NCBI GenBank assembly: GCA_052327205.1
Contig: CM126222.1
Coordinates: 51,026,001-51,090,000, forward strand
Origin: Somniosus microcephalus
Lineage: Eukaryota
Length of the DNA stretch: 64,000 nucleotides
Direction: 5' to 3'
Shown here: positions 63,114 through 64,000 of the stretch, piece after piece
How positions within the stretch are numbered: the first letter of the stretch is position 1
Layout: the number at the start of each line of letters is the position of its first letter
The notes under the pieces: model-generated
Seen by the model: the letters and a program-made list of their open reading frames with translations, nothing else
Database searches by the model: none
Told to the model about the DNA's origin: nothing
Position numbers and translations under genes: made by a program

Positions 63114-64000
63114 CTGTAAAACAAGAGAGAAATTAGAGAAGCAAAGCTATCCTCTTAGTGTGCCCGACTGAGCATCATTAACCTATGGATCAGTCTTTCC
63201 GTCTCTCTAAGCCCCATTTTTTCCGACAGTATTCAATGTGCTCCAGAGTGAGCTGTACACAACATATTTAATAACCTTAAAGAGAAGGCTAACCAGAGAT
63301 AAAACTTTCAAAACCTAACTATGGAATTTCTTTGTGACACCCTCACAAAATTCCAGGATACTCTAGCAACATTACAATTTTTAAAAATTGTTCTCAGAAT
63401 GTGGGGAACACCATTCCCTGAGAAACTGGTGGTGGACCTTCTTGAATACTATACTCAAGATACAACTGAGTGACTTGCTAATCCACTTTAGAGGGCATTA
63501 AGAGTCAACCATATAAGGGCTAATTTAAACCCCACCCCTGTGCTCTGGATGGCTGAGGGGGGGGGGTGGAATTTCTCCCCTCTCTCTTTCCCTCCCCCCC
63601 CCCCTTTTCTACATTCCTGAACTCAGGCACAGAAAGGCTGCCCACCCCAGAGGAACAGGGGTCTAATTTAAATGGCAAAGCCGTGACCCAATAAGGTTAT
63701 CGAGACCCTGATGTCATTTTAACCACGCCCGAGACCCAGGTAAGTGGTTTTAAAACATTTTCTTTTACAAAAAAAGGTTCCTCATGGGTCAGCTGGAGCA
63801 GCAGTACTCCTCCTGGATCCACCAGGATACCGTGGGCCTCCCCTGCCCCAGGCTTCCTTGGCCCCCTCCTGATTGCAGACTTGCCAACCCCGCCCCCTCA
63901 AATCATTATTTATCTTGTCAGGGATTGTTTCCATGGGTCTCTGATGGCAGCCTGACTCTCCCATCAATTTTGACTCCTGCCATCTGGCTTCAGGAGGGGG

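Noticed and set aside
1-64000. CRISPR arrays, operons or other prokaryotic systems
   Set aside because: The sequence is intron-rich vertebrate DNA, and no repeat-spacer periodicity was seen.

Overview
Vertebrate genomic DNA, most likely a cartilaginous fish (shark), inferred from V-SINE/HE1-like and DeuSINE/SacSINE1-like SINEs plus abundant CR1, L2 and Penelope-like repeats. Three genes are supported. (1) The 5' part of LRRC45 on the minus strand: six coding exons from 19111 down to 5216, continuing off the left edge. (2) An intact, unnamed three-exon gene on the plus strand (23862-25668, 390 aa) encoding a Harbinger-type Myb/SANT (trihelix) protein. It sits head-to-head with LRRC45 across a CpG island carrying ZNF143/THAP11-type, CCAAT and NRF1-like motifs. 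(3) The last 15 coding exons of ABCA5 on the minus strand (63113 down to 37564). Most of the remainder is decayed or nested transposable elements. The two most notable observations are the candidate domesticated Harbinger Myb/SANT gene at the position CENPX occupies in human, and a captured TPP2 exon-1 fragment with its splice donor inside a hAT/Charlie-like element in an ABCA5 intron. All identifications come from manual translation and remembered family motifs; no database search was run.
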